DNA of 64,000 bases from NCBI GenBank assembly GCA_963703315.1, contig OY969811.1, forward strand, positions 2,752,001 to 2,816,000, written 5' to 3'. A model generated the notes under the pieces. That model ran no database searches. It was not told where the DNA came from and worked only from the letters and a program-made list of their open reading frames with translations. Positions 51,443-60,829 of this stretch are shown piece by piece. Made by a program: the position numbers and the translations under genes. Position 1 is the stretch's first letter. Every line of letters begins with the position of its first letter. The DNA is from an uncultured cyanobacterium (GTDB lineage: Bacteria > Cyanobacteriota > Cyanobacteriia > Pseudanabaenales > Pseudanabaenaceae).

Positions 51443-53995
51443 ATGATTGCCCATAAAAATCCATTTCTCAAACCTCCAATTGTCAACTCAAAAGATATTT
51501 GGAGTGATCAGATCTCTGACTTTGAGGAAATTCATGCAGATGCTTCTCAAAAAATATTTGACGCTTTACAACAAGTCAAGGGGACTTTTTCAATTGCTGT
51601 TGTCGGCAATGTCGGCTCAGGAAAAACCCAGCTTTTTTCTAGGGTTCGTCATAAACTTTCTAGCAATACGGAAGCTTTTTGTGTCTATATAAATGCCGAT
51701 CAGATTGCCTCACTAGATTTTGTCTCTGTTGCATTTCAGCAATTCTTAGTTGATAGCCTTTTTCACACTGGAAAATCTGGAGTCACCTATTTACAAGAAA
51801 TTGCTACTAATCTGGTAAATCAGGCATTAGAAGGGATTAAATCAACCAAACGATTTTCTACTCATGAATTACTAGATCAGTTCAATCAACTTGCAACTAA
51901 TAAATCGTTGGTTGATAAAATTACTGGACAAGTTCAACAACTAAAGCCCTATCTATCAGATAGTTCAGAGGTGATTCGGGCTTTGCTTTGGACTTTATCA
52001 GCATCTAGCAAGCCTATTCTAGATGAATCAGATTTTTTGTCAGATTCTCCCACATCATCAAAGTCAACTAACTACTATCTTGCACCTAGTGCTACAGATT
52101 GGCTTAAAGGTATTGAAATTAATGCAGATGATGCTCAAATCATGAAACTATCTAATAAAAGTTTCAAGGATGAAGAGAAAGAATCAGAAGCGCTAAGACG
52201 TGCAATGCAGCTATTGCGTATAGCATCTGAGTACAAATCAGTAGTTATTTGTTTTGATGAATTAGATGCAATCAAACATAATAAACACGCAACTGGAACG
52301 GCAGAAGTAATTTCAGACTTGATCAAGACATTGCATAATGGGTTAGATAAAGTTGAATGTAGAAACTCGATTTTAATATTGTCTCTTTGGGTCAATGATA
52401 CATTTAGAAAGTCGGACTTTCTAACTACTTTTGGCTTAATAGAAAGAGTTTGTTCACTAGCTGATTTAAATAAAGAGCCAATTTCGCTAGATAAAAATCT
52501 TCTCACTGAAGACACTGGACTCAGATTAGTTGATTTTTGGCTTGATAAGTTGAATGCGAAAAACGCAGAAAATTCTTATCAACCATTGGGCGGTGAAGAA
52601 AAGATTAGACATTTTTGTAAAAATCGTCCTAATCCCAGACAACTATGGCGCTGGTGTGCTGAAAACTGGATGGAACAACCAGAGCCAGTTGGCGGAAAAG
52701 TCACTCCTCCACCTCCACCTCCTGTTGATCTTGATTTGATTTATCAAAGTCTGATAGATGATGAGTACTCTCAACTCATAGAAGATGATGATTTAGTAGT
52801 TAAGTCTTTGATTTTTGGCTTCAACAAGGCAATTACACAAACAGTTGAGAAAGTCTTAATCAAAAAAATCACAACACAACCCAAAACTGCTAGATTTCAA
52901 TTCAAAATCGAAGGCATTGAAGATGGAAAACCTGTCTCAATTGGTGTTGGTGTTTGTCAGTCTGCAAAGGCTGCAACAGTTGGTGCAATGTTGCTAAGGC
53001 TTTTGGACTATCAAAGATACAAATTAACTCGCGGCTGTCTAGTACGCTCCAAAAACAAGAGAATCAGCCCAAGAACTCAAGCTTTTGAAAATCTAACTAA
53101 ACTCATAAGCGCACCTTTTAACGGCGAATTTGTACCTCTCAAATATGCCGAAGTTGTTGAAGTTTATGCTTTGTTTTTGCTATCACAACATCCTGAAGTA
53201 GCAACACTAAATCCTGATGAAGTTGATAAATTTATTATTGAGAAAGCCATTAATAATGGATTAATCAAAGAAATCCTCAGCGATCCATCTGGTGAAATCC
53301 CTGCTGCTGCAATCTCGCAACCCACATCATTTAGCGATACTGGAAATACAGCTAAAAGCAATGATACAGGCTTATCTGATGATGACTTTAAGGTTACTGA
53401 TGACGATGACAAAGAAGATGAACTAGAGAAGTTAATTAGTGATTTGCTATCAGAGCAGTACTCAGAGCCTTTAATTGTCATATCTCATAACAGGGATGAA
53501 GATACAGGCTCTCTGTATGGTCTATTTGTAGATATCAATCGCAATTTTTTCTTCGATTATCAAATCACTGATTCGGGCGTTGCTTACCAACCTTGTGAAT
53601 TTATCAGAGAATTATCAAAGGGGAAACTAAAAATCCTGTCCGCACTTAATACTGATGAGATGGTTGCATTAATGCGGCTTCTCAGAATATCTAAGGCGAT
53701 CGGTGGATCAGTCACAATCCTTGACGATAAAGATTTTGAAGACCAAGAAGCAGCTTTAGAAATTTATGGTTTCTATCCTCCAGATTTAGATGCTAACCCA
53801 GCAATTTATTACAGACACGAACAGCTAGGTGTATCCATTGGCGCTCAACTATTTTGGGGTGATGACGATACCGAGAGCCTGTCTTTTGGCTTTGTGAATG
53901 ATATTCAAACAGAAGATTTTTCTGTATTTGATAGCTTTGATGAAGCTCTAGACTTTGGCATCATGCGCCTAAACTACTACATCGAAGAGTCATAA
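51443..53995 (+). CDS. P-loop/AAA+ ATPase with nuclease-fold-like middle region and acidic C-terminal extension
   Basis: Walker A GNVGSGKT, Walker B VVICFDELD, poly-Pro linker, YKLTRGCLVRS region, D/E-rich tail. Confidence 0.82.
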   Translation: MIAHKNPFLKPPIVNSKDIWSDQISDFEEIHADASQKIFDALQQVKGTFSIAVVGNVGSGKTQLFSRVRHKLSSNTEAFCVYINADQIASLDFVSVAFQQFLVDSLFHTGKSGVTYLQEIATNLVNQALEGIKSTKRFSTHELLDQFNQLATNKSLVDKITGQVQQLKPYLSDSSEVIRALLWTLSASSKPILDESDFLSDSPTSSKSTNYYLAPSATDWLKGIEINADDAQIMKLSNKSFKDEEKESEALRRAMQLLRIASEYKSVVICFDELDAIKHNKHATGTAEVISDLIKTLHNGLDKVECRNSILILSLWVNDTFRKSDFLTTFGLIERVCSLADLNKEPISLDKNLLTEDTGLRLVDFWLDKLNAKNAENSYQPLGGEEKIRHFCKNRPNPRQLWRWCAENWMEQPEPVGGKVTPPPPPPVDLDLIYQSLIDDEYSQLIEDDDLVVKSLIFGFNKAITQTVEKVLIKKITTQPKTARFQFKIEGIEDGKPVSIGVGVCQSAKAATVGAMLLRLLDYQRYKLTRGCLVRSKNKRISPRTQAFENLTKLISAPFNGEFVPLKYAEVVEVYALFLLSQHPEVATLNPDEVDKFIIEKAINNGLIKEILSDPSGEIPAAAISQPTSFSDTGNTAKSNDTGLSDDDFKVTDDDDKEDELEKLISDLLSEQYSEPLIVISHNRDEDTGSLYGLFVDINRNFFFDYQITDSGVAYQPCEFIRELSKGKLKILSALNTDEMVALMRLLRISKAIGGSVTILDDKDFEDQEAALEIYGFYPPDLDANPAIYYRHEQLGVSIGAQLFWGDDDTESLSFGFVNDIQTEDFSVFDSFDEALDFGIMRLNYYIEES

Positions 53996-54004
53996 AACCA
54001 AACA

Positions 54005-55375
54005 ATGCGCCTCGAATTATCTTTAACAGTCGATCCAACAGACTACAAAAAACTAACAACGGGAGAGAATATCGCTATTCTCTTCCGTCCTTTTCCCGTT
54101 GGCAGAAAATTCGCATTAGCGCCACTAATAAACAGTGACAATAGTGAAAAAATTGAATTTCTTACCAATACCTATGTAGAAATTGTAGACAAAGAAGTTA
54201 TTAGTCAAGACAAAATCAATAATGACTTGGCTAAAATACTAAGCATAACTTTAGAAGATCTGCAAACAAAGCTAAATAATGCCGATAACTTGCTACTAAT
54301 GTACTTTCGAGTTTATTGCTTTGAACCACAGATCAAAGTTTTCACCAGTAATCAAATCGGCTTTATCCCATTACCACAAGTAACAGAAATCAAGAACCCC
54401 GTCCCATTATTTAGCGATCATCTATTCCAAAAACGAAAACAAGAAATTAAATCGCGCCAGCCATCCAAACATTCAAAACTAGAAAACTTACAAATATCTC
54501 TTAATCAACTATCAATTACAAATCCATTAGCCCAAGTCCTGAATCAACAAATTCAAACTTTTTTAGGCTATACGGATAACACACCCACAAGAATAAATAA
54601 TCAAAATTTATCTTGGATTAGCACTATTTCAACTTTAGGCGATCGCAGTATTGAAACAGATACAGGTAAGAACAACTGGCAAGCAGGGACAGATTTTGAA
54701 AATATTGCAAAGCAAGGCTTAGAATTTCTAGGCTTTACAATTGATGAATCCCATAAAGGTGGAGCGGGAGGCTTAGATTTATTCTGTTCAAAACCTTATC
54801 CACTAACAGGAGAATGTAAAGCAGGAAAAAGCGTTCCCAGTCGCACAACCGAAGAATTGCTTAAGCTTGGAGGTATGAGATTAGGAATAGATAAATTTTT
54901 AGAATCTAAAAAACTAATTATTGGTGCTGGCAAAATCAATAACGATGTAATTACAGCCTCTCACGAATGGAAAGTTAGTATTATTAAAGCTATGACATTA
55001 CAAAAACTCGTTGAACTCAAAGCCAAATATGATGGCGCTATCAATCTATTTGAACTCAAGGAACATTTGCAAGCAGGACAAATTGATGACAAAATTCATG
55101 AGTATATCCAAAAGGTTGAAAGTGAGATCAAACTGCGATCATACATTGTTAAAACTGTTAAAGAACTGCAAGATACAGACTCTGAATATCCTAGTCCAAT
55201 TGAAATTCGGACTCATTACAACGCTAAAAAACAAGGTTCCAATCTTAGTCTTGATTCCACTAAAGAAATACTAATCGAGCTTTCTTCACCATTGGCGGGA
55301 TATTTGGGAAGAGTTAAGGGTGATGGAGGAAAAGGCGATCGCTTTTATTACTTACGAGATTTACCAATTGAATAG
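54005..55375 (+). CDS. DUF1802/PUA-like domain fused to a PD-(D/E)xK (Mrr-like) endonuclease with wHTH-like C-terminus
   Basis: GTDFE..LEFLGF..GGAGGLDL..GECKAG catalytic pattern; the N-terminal assignment is inferred. Confidence 0.75.
   Translation: MRLELSLTVDPTDYKKLTTGENIAILFRPFPVGRKFALAPLINSDNSEKIEFLTNTYVEIVDKEVISQDKINNDLAKILSITLEDLQTKLNNADNLLLMYFRVYCFEPQIKVFTSNQIGFIPLPQVTEIKNPVPLFSDHLFQKRKQEIKSRQPSKHSKLENLQISLNQLSITNPLAQVLNQQIQTFLGYTDNTPTRINNQNLSWISTISTLGDRSIETDTGKNNWQAGTDFENIAKQGLEFLGFTIDESHKGGAGGLDLFCSKPYPLTGECKAGKSVPSRTTEELLKLGGMRLGIDKFLESKKLIIGAGKINNDVITASHEWKVSIIKAMTLQKLVELKAKYDGAINLFELKEHLQAGQIDDKIHEYIQKVESEIKLRSYIVKTVKELQDTDSEYPSPIEIRTHYNAKKQGSNLSLDSTKEILIELSSPLAGYLGRVKGDGGKGDRFYYLRDLPIE
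55294..55363 (+). repeat. direct repeat A (3' end of the nuclease gene; HIP1 at 55335-55342)
   Basis: GGCGGGATATTTGGGAAGAGTTAAGGGTGATGGAGGAAAAGGCGATCGCTTTTA.. Confidence 0.92.
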
Positions 55376-55392
55376 ATAACTAAGAAAATATT

Positions 55393-55683
55393 ATGGAACT
55401 ACAACAAGCCCTAACAATTCTAGAAAACCATCGTCATCAAATCAAAACCTTAAATGTAAAATCGCTATCTATTTTCGGATCAGTCGCTAGAAACGAAGCT
55501 ACAGAAAACAGTGATATTGACTTTGTAGTAGAGTTTGAAGGAACTACAACCTTTGACAAATATATGGACTTAAAAATTTTTCTAGAAGACACATTACAAA
55601 CAAAAGTCGATCTCGCCACATGGCGATCGCTAAAACCTCAAATTAAAACTAACATAAATAAGGAAGCCATCCGTGTCGCGTAG
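55393..55683 (+). CDS. minimal nucleotidyltransferase antitoxin (MntA-like)
   Basis: IFGSVARNE..SDIDFVVEF, KVDL. Confidence 0.92.
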   Translation: MELQQALTILENHRHQIKTLNVKSLSIFGSVARNEATENSDIDFVVEFEGTTTFDKYMDLKIFLEDTLQTKVDLATWRSLKPQIKTNINKEAIRVA

Positions 55684-56020
55684 CTTAAAACTCTATCTAG
55701 AAGACATCTTAAAGAGCGGTAACAAAGTACTAGATTTTACCGTAAACATGACCATCGAAGAACTTGTAAGAGATGAGCGCACATTTGACGCGGTTGCTCA
55801 TAACTTACAAATCATCGGAGAAGCTACAAAAAACATACCTGAAGAAATACGCTCTCAATATCCTCAAGTTGAATGGAGAAAAATCGCAGGACTACGGGAT
55901 ATTATTGCTCATGCATATTTCAGTATTGACGAAGAAATTATCTGGGATATTATCCAAAACAAACTTTCAATTTTATTAGAGCAAATCCAAAACATTCTTC
56001 TCAATTATGTAGAGGAGTAA
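55673..56020 (+). CDS. HEPN/DUF86 RNase toxin (HepT-like)
   Basis: IIGEA, WRKIAGLRDIIAHAYF (RX4H), IIWD. Confidence 0.92.
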   Translation: MSRSLKLYLEDILKSGNKVLDFTVNMTIEELVRDERTFDAVAHNLQIIGEATKNIPEEIRSQYPQVEWRKIAGLRDIIAHAYFSIDEEIIWDIIQNKLSILLEQIQNILLNYVEE

Positions 56021-56067
56021 AAATAGCGGACAAAGTGATCGAGATTCATACTTCCAGACGAGCCTAA

Positions 56068-56132
56068 GATATTTGGGCAGAGTTAAGGGTGATGGAAGAA
56101 AAGGCGATCGCTTTTACTCCCTGCGAGACTTA
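56068..56132 (+). repeat. direct repeat B (displaced 3' end of a nuclease allele; HIP1 at 56104-56111)
   Basis: Reads YLGRVKGDGRKGDRFYSLRDL versus YLGRVKGDGGKGDRFYYLRDL in the gene. Confidence 0.92.
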
Positions 56133-56217
56133 TTGCTACGATAAATAAGTGACATTTACCAAAAATGTTAAAATCATCTACGCTAGTCTACTAAAACAGA
56201 CCAACTGGAGTAACACT

Positions 56218-56445
56218 ATGCTTTTGCAAGAACTTAAGAATCAGGTGCGTAAATTACCTGTAAGCGATCGCCTAGAACTTGTGCGCTCTATCATCGATTC
56301 GATCCAAGAAATTCCAATTTCAAAACCTACGCGAACCCAAGCAATCAGCCGCATGAAAGGTTTACTCAAAACTAGTCAGCCATCCCCGACCGATGCTGAA
56401 GTCGGATCAATGTTAGAACAGCATCGCATGGAGAAATACCTCTAA
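56218..56445 (+). CDS. putative antitoxin
   Basis: GGAG + ATG 56218; MLLQELK..LPVSDRLELV..GLLKT..EKYL; TAATG coupling to the PIN gene. Confidence 0.78.
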   Translation: MLLQELKNQVRKLPVSDRLELVRSIIDSIQEIPISKPTRTQAISRMKGLLKTSQPSPTDAEVGSMLEQHRMEKYL

Positions 56446-56855
56446 TGAAAGTTCTTGTTGACACAAATGTTCTACTTGATTTTTTGTTAGAAAGAGAACC
56501 TTTTAAAAAGGATGCAGAAGAACTGTTTGCAGCGATCGACTCTGGACAAATCATTGGCTATATAACCGCTACAACCCTGACCGATATTTTCTACATTGCG
56601 CGTAAACATACTCGCAGCCTAGAACTCGCAAGAGAAGCAGTTTCCAGCACCTTAGAAACCATGACTATTTGTCCAATCAATCGAAATGTCTTAGAGGCAG
56701 TATTTACATCTGGCTTAACAGATTTTGAAGATGCTGTCCAGATTTATGGTGCGATCGCTCAAAATTTAGATGCAATAGTAACCCGTGATGCTAAAGGATT
56801 TGTAAGTTCAACTATCCCTGTATACTCTGTTCAAGAATTACTAAAGAGATTGTGA
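56445..56855 (+). CDS. PIN-domain toxin
   Basis: VLVDTNVLLDFLL, TTLTDIFY, DFEDAVQ, AIVTRD..F. Confidence 0.92.
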   Translation: MKVLVDTNVLLDFLLEREPFKKDAEELFAAIDSGQIIGYITATTLTDIFYIARKHTRSLELAREAVSSTLETMTICPINRNVLEAVFTSGLTDFEDAVQIYGAIAQNLDAIVTRDAKGFVSSTIPVYSVQELLKRL

Positions 56856-56864
56856 AATGCTAAA

Positions 56865-56913
56865 GGCGGGATATTTAGGAAGAGTTAAGGGTGATGGAAG
56901 AAAAGGCGATCGC
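56865..56913 (+). repeat. direct repeat C, ending exactly at HIP1
   Basis: GGCGGGATATTTAGGAAGAGTTAAGGGTGATGGAAGAAAAGGCGATCGC, 47/49 identical to repeat A. Confidence 0.92.
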
Positions 56914-57047
56914 AGGTTATGGGGAGATGGATAGGCGATCGCTATTTAATTTATTTTTGAGAGAGGCGATCGCTCAGGTTGCTAAGTATTGATTCTCCCG
57001 TAAGCAGAAATTGTGTCATAGTTTTTTAATACTTTAGGTAAGCAGCT

Positions 57048-57929
57048 ATGAGTGGGAGAGTCTTAGGGACAACCAAAATTTTAGGGGTGATGGGTTTTCC
57101 TGTGAGTCACAGCCTTTCACCTGTAATGCATAATGCCGCGATCGCCGCGATGGGTCTGGACTATGTGTATGTGCCATTTCCGATCCCCATTGACGATTTA
57201 CCTGCGGCGATCGCGGGGTTAAAGGCAATTCAATCAGTACAGGGCTTTAATCTGACAATTCCCCATAAAGTTGAAGTGATCCCCTTACTTGATGAGATTT
57301 TACCAATCGCTCAATCTGTTGGTGCAGTCAATACCGTCAAGCGTATTGGCGATCGCTGGGTTGGCACAAATACTGACGTGGCAGGTTTCCTAGCTCCACT
57401 CAAGCAACTTAACTGTGACTGGACACAACTGCCAGCCGTAATCCTTGGTAGTGGTGGTGCAGCAAAGGCAGTTGTTGCCGCCTGTTTAGAGCTTGGTTGC
57501 CCTGTCATCCATGTAGTAGGACGCGATCCCAAAAAACTCAAAAAATTTCACGGCACAATGACTAGTCAACTCCGCGATTACAATCTGCGCGTCCATCCTT
57601 GGGCTTCATTACCGCATTTGCTCGAAGTCGCAGGCATTGTCATCAACGCGACACCGATCGGCATGGCTAGTGATCCGCATACGCCTATTTCCGAGACAGA
57701 GATAGCTATGCTCTCTGAGCAAGCGATCGCCTATGATTTGATTTACACTCCTCGCCCCACTAAGTTTTTACAAATCGCTACGGCAAGAGGACTTAAAGCG
57801 ATCGATGGGTTGGAAATGCTAATTAATCAAGGGGCGATCGCCCTTGAATGGTGGCTGGATCAACCAGTTCCGACTGAAATTATGCGACAAGCTCTATTGG
57901 AACATCTTACTTACGAAAGTTTGCATTAG
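57048..57929 (+). CDS. aroE: shikimate dehydrogenase
   Basis: PVSHSLSP, NLTIPHK, GAVNT, GTNTD, INATPIGM, DGLEML. Confidence 0.96.
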   Translation: MSGRVLGTTKILGVMGFPVSHSLSPVMHNAAIAAMGLDYVYVPFPIPIDDLPAAIAGLKAIQSVQGFNLTIPHKVEVIPLLDEILPIAQSVGAVNTVKRIGDRWVGTNTDVAGFLAPLKQLNCDWTQLPAVILGSGGAAKAVVAACLELGCPVIHVVGRDPKKLKKFHGTMTSQLRDYNLRVHPWASLPHLLEVAGIVINATPIGMASDPHTPISETEIAMLSEQAIAYDLIYTPRPTKFLQIATARGLKAIDGLEMLINQGAIALEWWLDQPVPTEIMRQALLEHLTYESLH

Positions 57930-57938
57930 CGCCACATT

Positions 57939-57974
57939 ATTAAGGATGAGTGTTTTTCAATCACTCATCCTTAA
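57939..57974. terminator. hairpin between convergent genes
   Basis: TTAAGGATGAGTG..CACTCATCCTTAA. Confidence 0.65.
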
Positions 57975-57992
57975 ACGGTTAGACATTGCATA

Positions 57993-58862
57993 CTATGCAG
58001 TTACTTCACTCTTACGACGGTTTCTCTTGGCAATAGACCATGCCGACCATGCTCCAAATACAACAGGAGCAAGGAATCCCGCAGGTACTGGAACTGGAAC
58101 TGGTTGAACTTGTCCTTCTCTTACTTGAAAAGTATAACGCCCAAGAACATTACTGTTGAGGCTGTTACGAATCAATGCAGTTGACAGAGGTCCATTATCC
58201 AAGAAAGCACCATTTGAGAAGGAACCAAGCAATTGGAAGAAACTGCCAGATACACCAGTACCATTAGAGTAGCCTACAGCAGCAGATGTACCACCTAAGC
58301 CATTTGTACCATTGCTTGCGTCACCAGTTTCCCATTGAATTTGATCATAGTTAAACTCAATGTCAAAGTTATTGGTTCCAGTATCAGCGCGATTAATCAA
58401 CAACAACTGAAAACTATTCAGCAAATCAGCTCTAGTGTTATAGTAACCAACATTTCTGTAGCTAACACCAAAGGCATTGCGACCATCCACTGTCCCATTT
58501 CCATACCTAGTTAGTCCACTCGCAGGATTTCGAGTATCTACGTCAGCAAAGAATGCAGCAATGATAGGTATACTTGTAGAACCATTCAGAGCAAAAGGGG
58601 TGTATTCAAATTGTGCTGAATTAAAAGTTATATTTCCATTGTTGTTAACAAATGTATTGGAATAGTTAGTACCAAAAAAGTTAACATCGAAACCAATGGG
58701 GACAGCACCTGTAGAATCATCATCATTTGCAGATAATACATTGCTATCAAATCCTGTTCTAATAGCAGCAGCACTAGCAGATGTTGCCATGCTTACACTA
58801 AATGCCAAAGTACAAAGACCGCCAACAACAGCTTTTTGTATATTAGTTAGTACTTGTGCCAT
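57993..58862 (-). CDS. secreted nidogen-like (NIDO) domain protein with PEP-CTERM-like tail
   Basis: Signal peptide, NDDDST, FVNNNGNITF, IIAAFFADVDTR, IQWETGDAS; VPVPA-TM-KRNRRK; alternative GTG start at 58904. Confidence 0.85.
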   Translation of the reverse strand: MAQVLTNIQKAVVGGLCTLAFSVSMATSASAAAIRTGFDSNVLSANDDDSTGAVPIGFDVNFFGTNYSNTFVNNNGNITFNSAQFEYTPFALNGSTSIPIIAAFFADVDTRNPASGLTRYGNGTVDGRNAFGVSYRNVGYYNTRADLLNSFQLLLINRADTGTNNFDIEFNYDQIQWETGDASNGTNGLGGTSAAVGYSNGTGVSGSFFQLLGSFSNGAFLDNGPLSTALIRNSLNSNVLGRYTFQVREGQVQPVPVPVPAGFLAPVVFGAWSAWSIAKRNRRKSEVTA

Positions 58863-59326
58863 AAATCTGTTCCTCAAACTTGAAGTTAATGAAATAGAAC
58901 TCACCTAAATTACGAGAGCAATTAAACTAAGTTATTACACACCAAGCTTTTTGTTACTACTTCAGCAACGAAATTAAATAGATTAACTTAAGTTAATTAC
59001 CAAAATAGATATTTCGAGATGCATAAGTAAATAAATTTTTGATTACTACTTATTGAATAAATTGTAATTTGATACATCGTAATTAATGAAAATATACTCT
59101 TTTTCGATAAAATTTAGCAAGTAACTTTTAGTTATATCTTTAGTCATATATTTCAACTAATTTTAGTTACTTTAGTTATATTTAGTTACTTTTGGTTATA
59201 TATCAAACACATGATCATAAGAAAAAAACCAAATATTTTTCAGGGGAAATTATATTTATTCGTTTAAGCTCAGAAGTATTTTTGCAGATAATCCTCAACT
59301 ATTCAGGATTATCTGCTTTTTGGTAT

Positions 59327-59393
59327 TAAGTACATCTACACAATTAAAAAGCTGTGGTACACGCTGCAAGTGCGCCACAGCTTTTTAATGTAG
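59327..59393. repeat. degenerate relative of the 104-bp element / palindrome downstream of the symporter
   Basis: TAAGTAC..ATTAAAAAGCTGTGG-TACACGCTGCAAGTGCG-CCACAGCTTTTTAAT. Confidence 0.6.
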
Positions 59394-59434
59394 TTTTATT
59401 AAGAATTAAAAAATCTCAATTTGTAATTTGTAAT

Positions 59435-60667
59435 TTAAATGACAAGTACTTCTTCTAACTCAGATATTTGCTCTGGTTCCCAATAACTAAGAATGATTGC
59501 ATTGGTACTATTCCCAATAATGTTCACTACGGTTTTGAAACCATCGGTAAGTCGATCTATACCTGCAACTAGGGCGATCGCCTCTAGGGGTAATCCTGAT
59601 GCTGACAGTACTGTTGCCATCGTGATTAATGCTGCCCCTGGGACACCGGGAGTACTAAAGGAAACTAGTAAACTACTCACCGCGATCGCTGCTAAGAGCG
59701 AAGGTGTTAAGGGAACTTGATAAATTTGGGTAACAAATAGAGCATTAAACCCTTGCAAAATTGCGGCTCCATCACGCTTGAGCGCCGTACCTAAGGGAAT
59801 AGCAAAGCTGGCGATTTCCTCCCGCAAGCCATAGTTTTCTTGAATATTTTGTAAGACTACTGGTAAAGCTGCATTAGAACTAGCTGTACCAAAAGCTAGG
59901 GCGATCGCCTCAGACAGACTGCGAAGCAACTTGACAGGATCGGCTTTGAGCAGCAGCAGCATCAGGATATCTAAGCAAATCATAATTGATGAGGAAATCA
60001 CTAGACCTAAAACATAAAGAAATAACTTGGCAACTAGTTCTAATCCTTGGGTAGCGATCGTGGAACTCATCAAGGCAAATACCCCTAAAGGTGCAGCATA
60101 TAGAATTATGGATAAAGTTTTTTCGCTAATGTGATAAATGCTTTCAATGAATTCTACAAATGGCTTTGCTTTCTCTTTGGCGAGTTGGACTCCAATGCCC
60201 AATAAAATTGCTGAAAAGATAATTTGTAATAAATTGCCAGTACTCAGAGCTTCTAACGGATTGACAGGAATTAGGCTCACTAGCCAAGTTATTAGAGAAG
60301 GAGATTCGGTAATGACGATAGTTTCGGAGATTGAGAAACCAGATAATCCGCTACCAGGTTGTAAGAAATAAGCTGTCCCCATGCCAACACAGAGAGCGAT
60401 CGAGCTAGTAATCAAGTAACTAATCATTAATTTGACTGTATATCTTCCTACTTGCCCCGCGCCTTGAATTCTCGTCAAGCCCATAATTAAGGAGGAGAAG
60501 ACAATGGGAACTACCACAAACTGAATTAACCTTAAAAAAGATTCTCCAATGGGAGCCAAAATATTGTAATTAATTAGTCCAATATATTCAGGAAAAGTTG
60601 TATTAAGTAGAGTCCCAAAGACAACGCCAACTCCAAGGGAAAGTAGGATAAATGTAGATAGATTCAT
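59435..60667 (-). CDS. dicarboxylate/amino acid:cation symporter (DAACS, GltP-like)
   Basis: FLRLIQFVVVP, AFGTASSNAALP, TPGVPG, IDRLTD; multi-TM. Confidence 0.93.
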   Translation of the reverse strand: MNLSTFILLSLGVGVVFGTLLNTTFPEYIGLINYNILAPIGESFLRLIQFVVVPIVFSSLIMGLTRIQGAGQVGRYTVKLMISYLITSSIALCVGMGTAYFLQPGSGLSGFSISETIVITESPSLITWLVSLIPVNPLEALSTGNLLQIIFSAILLGIGVQLAKEKAKPFVEFIESIYHISEKTLSIILYAAPLGVFALMSSTIATQGLELVAKLFLYVLGLVISSSIMICLDILMLLLLKADPVKLLRSLSEAIALAFGTASSNAALPVVLQNIQENYGLREEIASFAIPLGTALKRDGAAILQGFNALFVTQIYQVPLTPSLLAAIAVSSLLVSFSTPGVPGAALITMATVLSASGLPLEAIALVAGIDRLTDGFKTVVNIIGNSTNAIILSYWEPEQISELEEVLVI

Positions 60668-60725
60668 AGTTCAATTTGCTAACGTGAAAATCACCATAGG
60701 AATTCTTGATACTAGCGGCTTTAGG

Positions 60726-60829
60726 TAAGTAGCTGGGCATAATTAAAAACCAGAACCAAAACCTGTGGCGCACGCGCAGCGTGCGCCACAGGTTTTGGGG
60801 TTTTATATTTAATTGCGCCCAGCTACTTA
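60726..60829. mobile_element. 104-bp MITE-like repeat, copy 2
   Basis: Ends TAAGTAGCTGGGC../..GCCCAGCTACTTA; same length and body as 49084-49187. Confidence 0.8.

Noticed and set aside
55294..56913. Three direct repeats as a CRISPR array
   Set aside because: Spacers are ~720-750 bp and contain whole genes; no cas genes; the repeat is coding sequence
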